DNA from: a virus
Lineage: Duplodnaviria > Heunggongvirae > Uroviricota > Caudoviricetes
Length of the DNA: 7,043 nt
Virus record (IMG/VR): IMGVR_UViG_2651869755_000013
Direction: 5' to 3' (one strand)
A program made the translations under genes and the position numbers. Shown here in pieces: positions 6,740-7,043 of the stretch (its first letter is position 1; each line of letters opens with the position of its first letter). The notes below the pieces were generated by a model. It had not been told where the DNA came from. It did not search any database and worked only from the letters and a program-made list of their open reading frames with translations.

Positions 6740-6769
6740 TTTCAACAAAATATTCTGCTTATTTGTCAA
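6740..6769 (-). promoter_or_regulatory. Candidate remnant of the late promoter (pR'-like): consensus -35 hexamer TTGACA at 6764-6769 (minus strand), without a convincing -10
   Basis: A perfect TTGACA lies about 100 nt upstream of the terminator hairpin. Hexamers at 15-19 bp spacing (GTTGAA, TTGAAA) match TATAAT poorly. The IS629 end is only 27 bp upstream. Confidence 0.2.
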
Positions 6770-6796
6770 TTCCCCAGCACGCCAGCGCGCTCTCCT

Positions 6797-7043
6797 TGAA
6801 CCGCCCCGGGAATCCTGGAGACTAAACTTCCTGAGAAAGAGGTAAACAGGATGACTAAAAATACTCGTTTTTCCCCTGAAGTCCGTCAACGGGCAGTCCG
6901 TATGGTTCTGGAAAGTCAGGGCGAATATGACTCACAATGGGCGACAATTTGTTCCATTGCTCCAAAGATTGGCTGTACGCCGGAGACTCTGCGTGTCTGG
7001 GTTCGCCAGCATGAGCGGGATACCGGGGGCGGTGATGGAGGGC
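6797..7043 (+). mobile_element. IS629-like (IS3-family; IS629/IS1203 group) insertion sequence, left end (partial; continues beyond the window)
   Basis: The left terminus TGAACCGCCCCGGGAATCCTGGAGACTAAACTTCCTGAGAAAGAGGTAAACAGG begins at 6797 and is followed by orfA at 6851. The sequence matches IS629 as I recall it, and the terminal TG is typical of the IS3 family. Confidence 0.85.
6851..7043 (+). CDS. IS629-like OrfA (IS3-family transposase N-terminal HTH protein), 5' portion; 3' end outside the window
   Basis: ATG at 6851 with an AGAGGTAAACAGG SD. The translation [64 protein letters not shown] matches IS629 OrfA as I recall it. Confidence 0.88.
   Translation, partial: MTKNTRFSPEVRQRAVRMVLESQGEYDSQWATICSIAPKIGCTPETLRVWVRQHERDTGGGDGG

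Noticed and set aside
6436-6825. 129-aa plus-strand ORF (and 80-aa ORF at 6197-6439)
   Set aside because: It runs antisense through both small membrane ORFs, across the terminator hairpin and into the IS629 terminal repeat. Its Ser/Thr-rich low-complexity translation and lack of SD make it implausible.

Overview
This window is the cos-proximal part of a lambda-like (lambdoid) prophage in an enterobacterial (E. coli/Shigella-type) background, lying in reverse orientation relative to the lambda map. Reading from high to low coordinates on the minus strand: a late lysis region (a terminator, two small membrane-protein ORFs, then Rz with embedded Rz1; no holin or endolysin is recognisable), an AT-rich ORF-poor spacer with one small ribbon-helix-helix-type ORF on the plus strand, a lambda-type cos site (cosN matching the lambda 12-nt cohesive end, with cosB repeats and an IHF-like site), then the terminase small subunit (Nu1), terminase large subunit (A), W, portal (B) and only the first ~47 codons of head gene C. 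The prophage is cut at both edges of the window by insertion sequences: an IS66-family element (1-248) that truncates C, and an IS629-like IS3-family element (from 6797) just upstream of the late operon. The packaging genes look intact, but the prophage is almost certainly defective. All protein identifications rest on my recollection of the lambda and IS protein sequences compared by eye against the supplied ORF translations; no database search was run.
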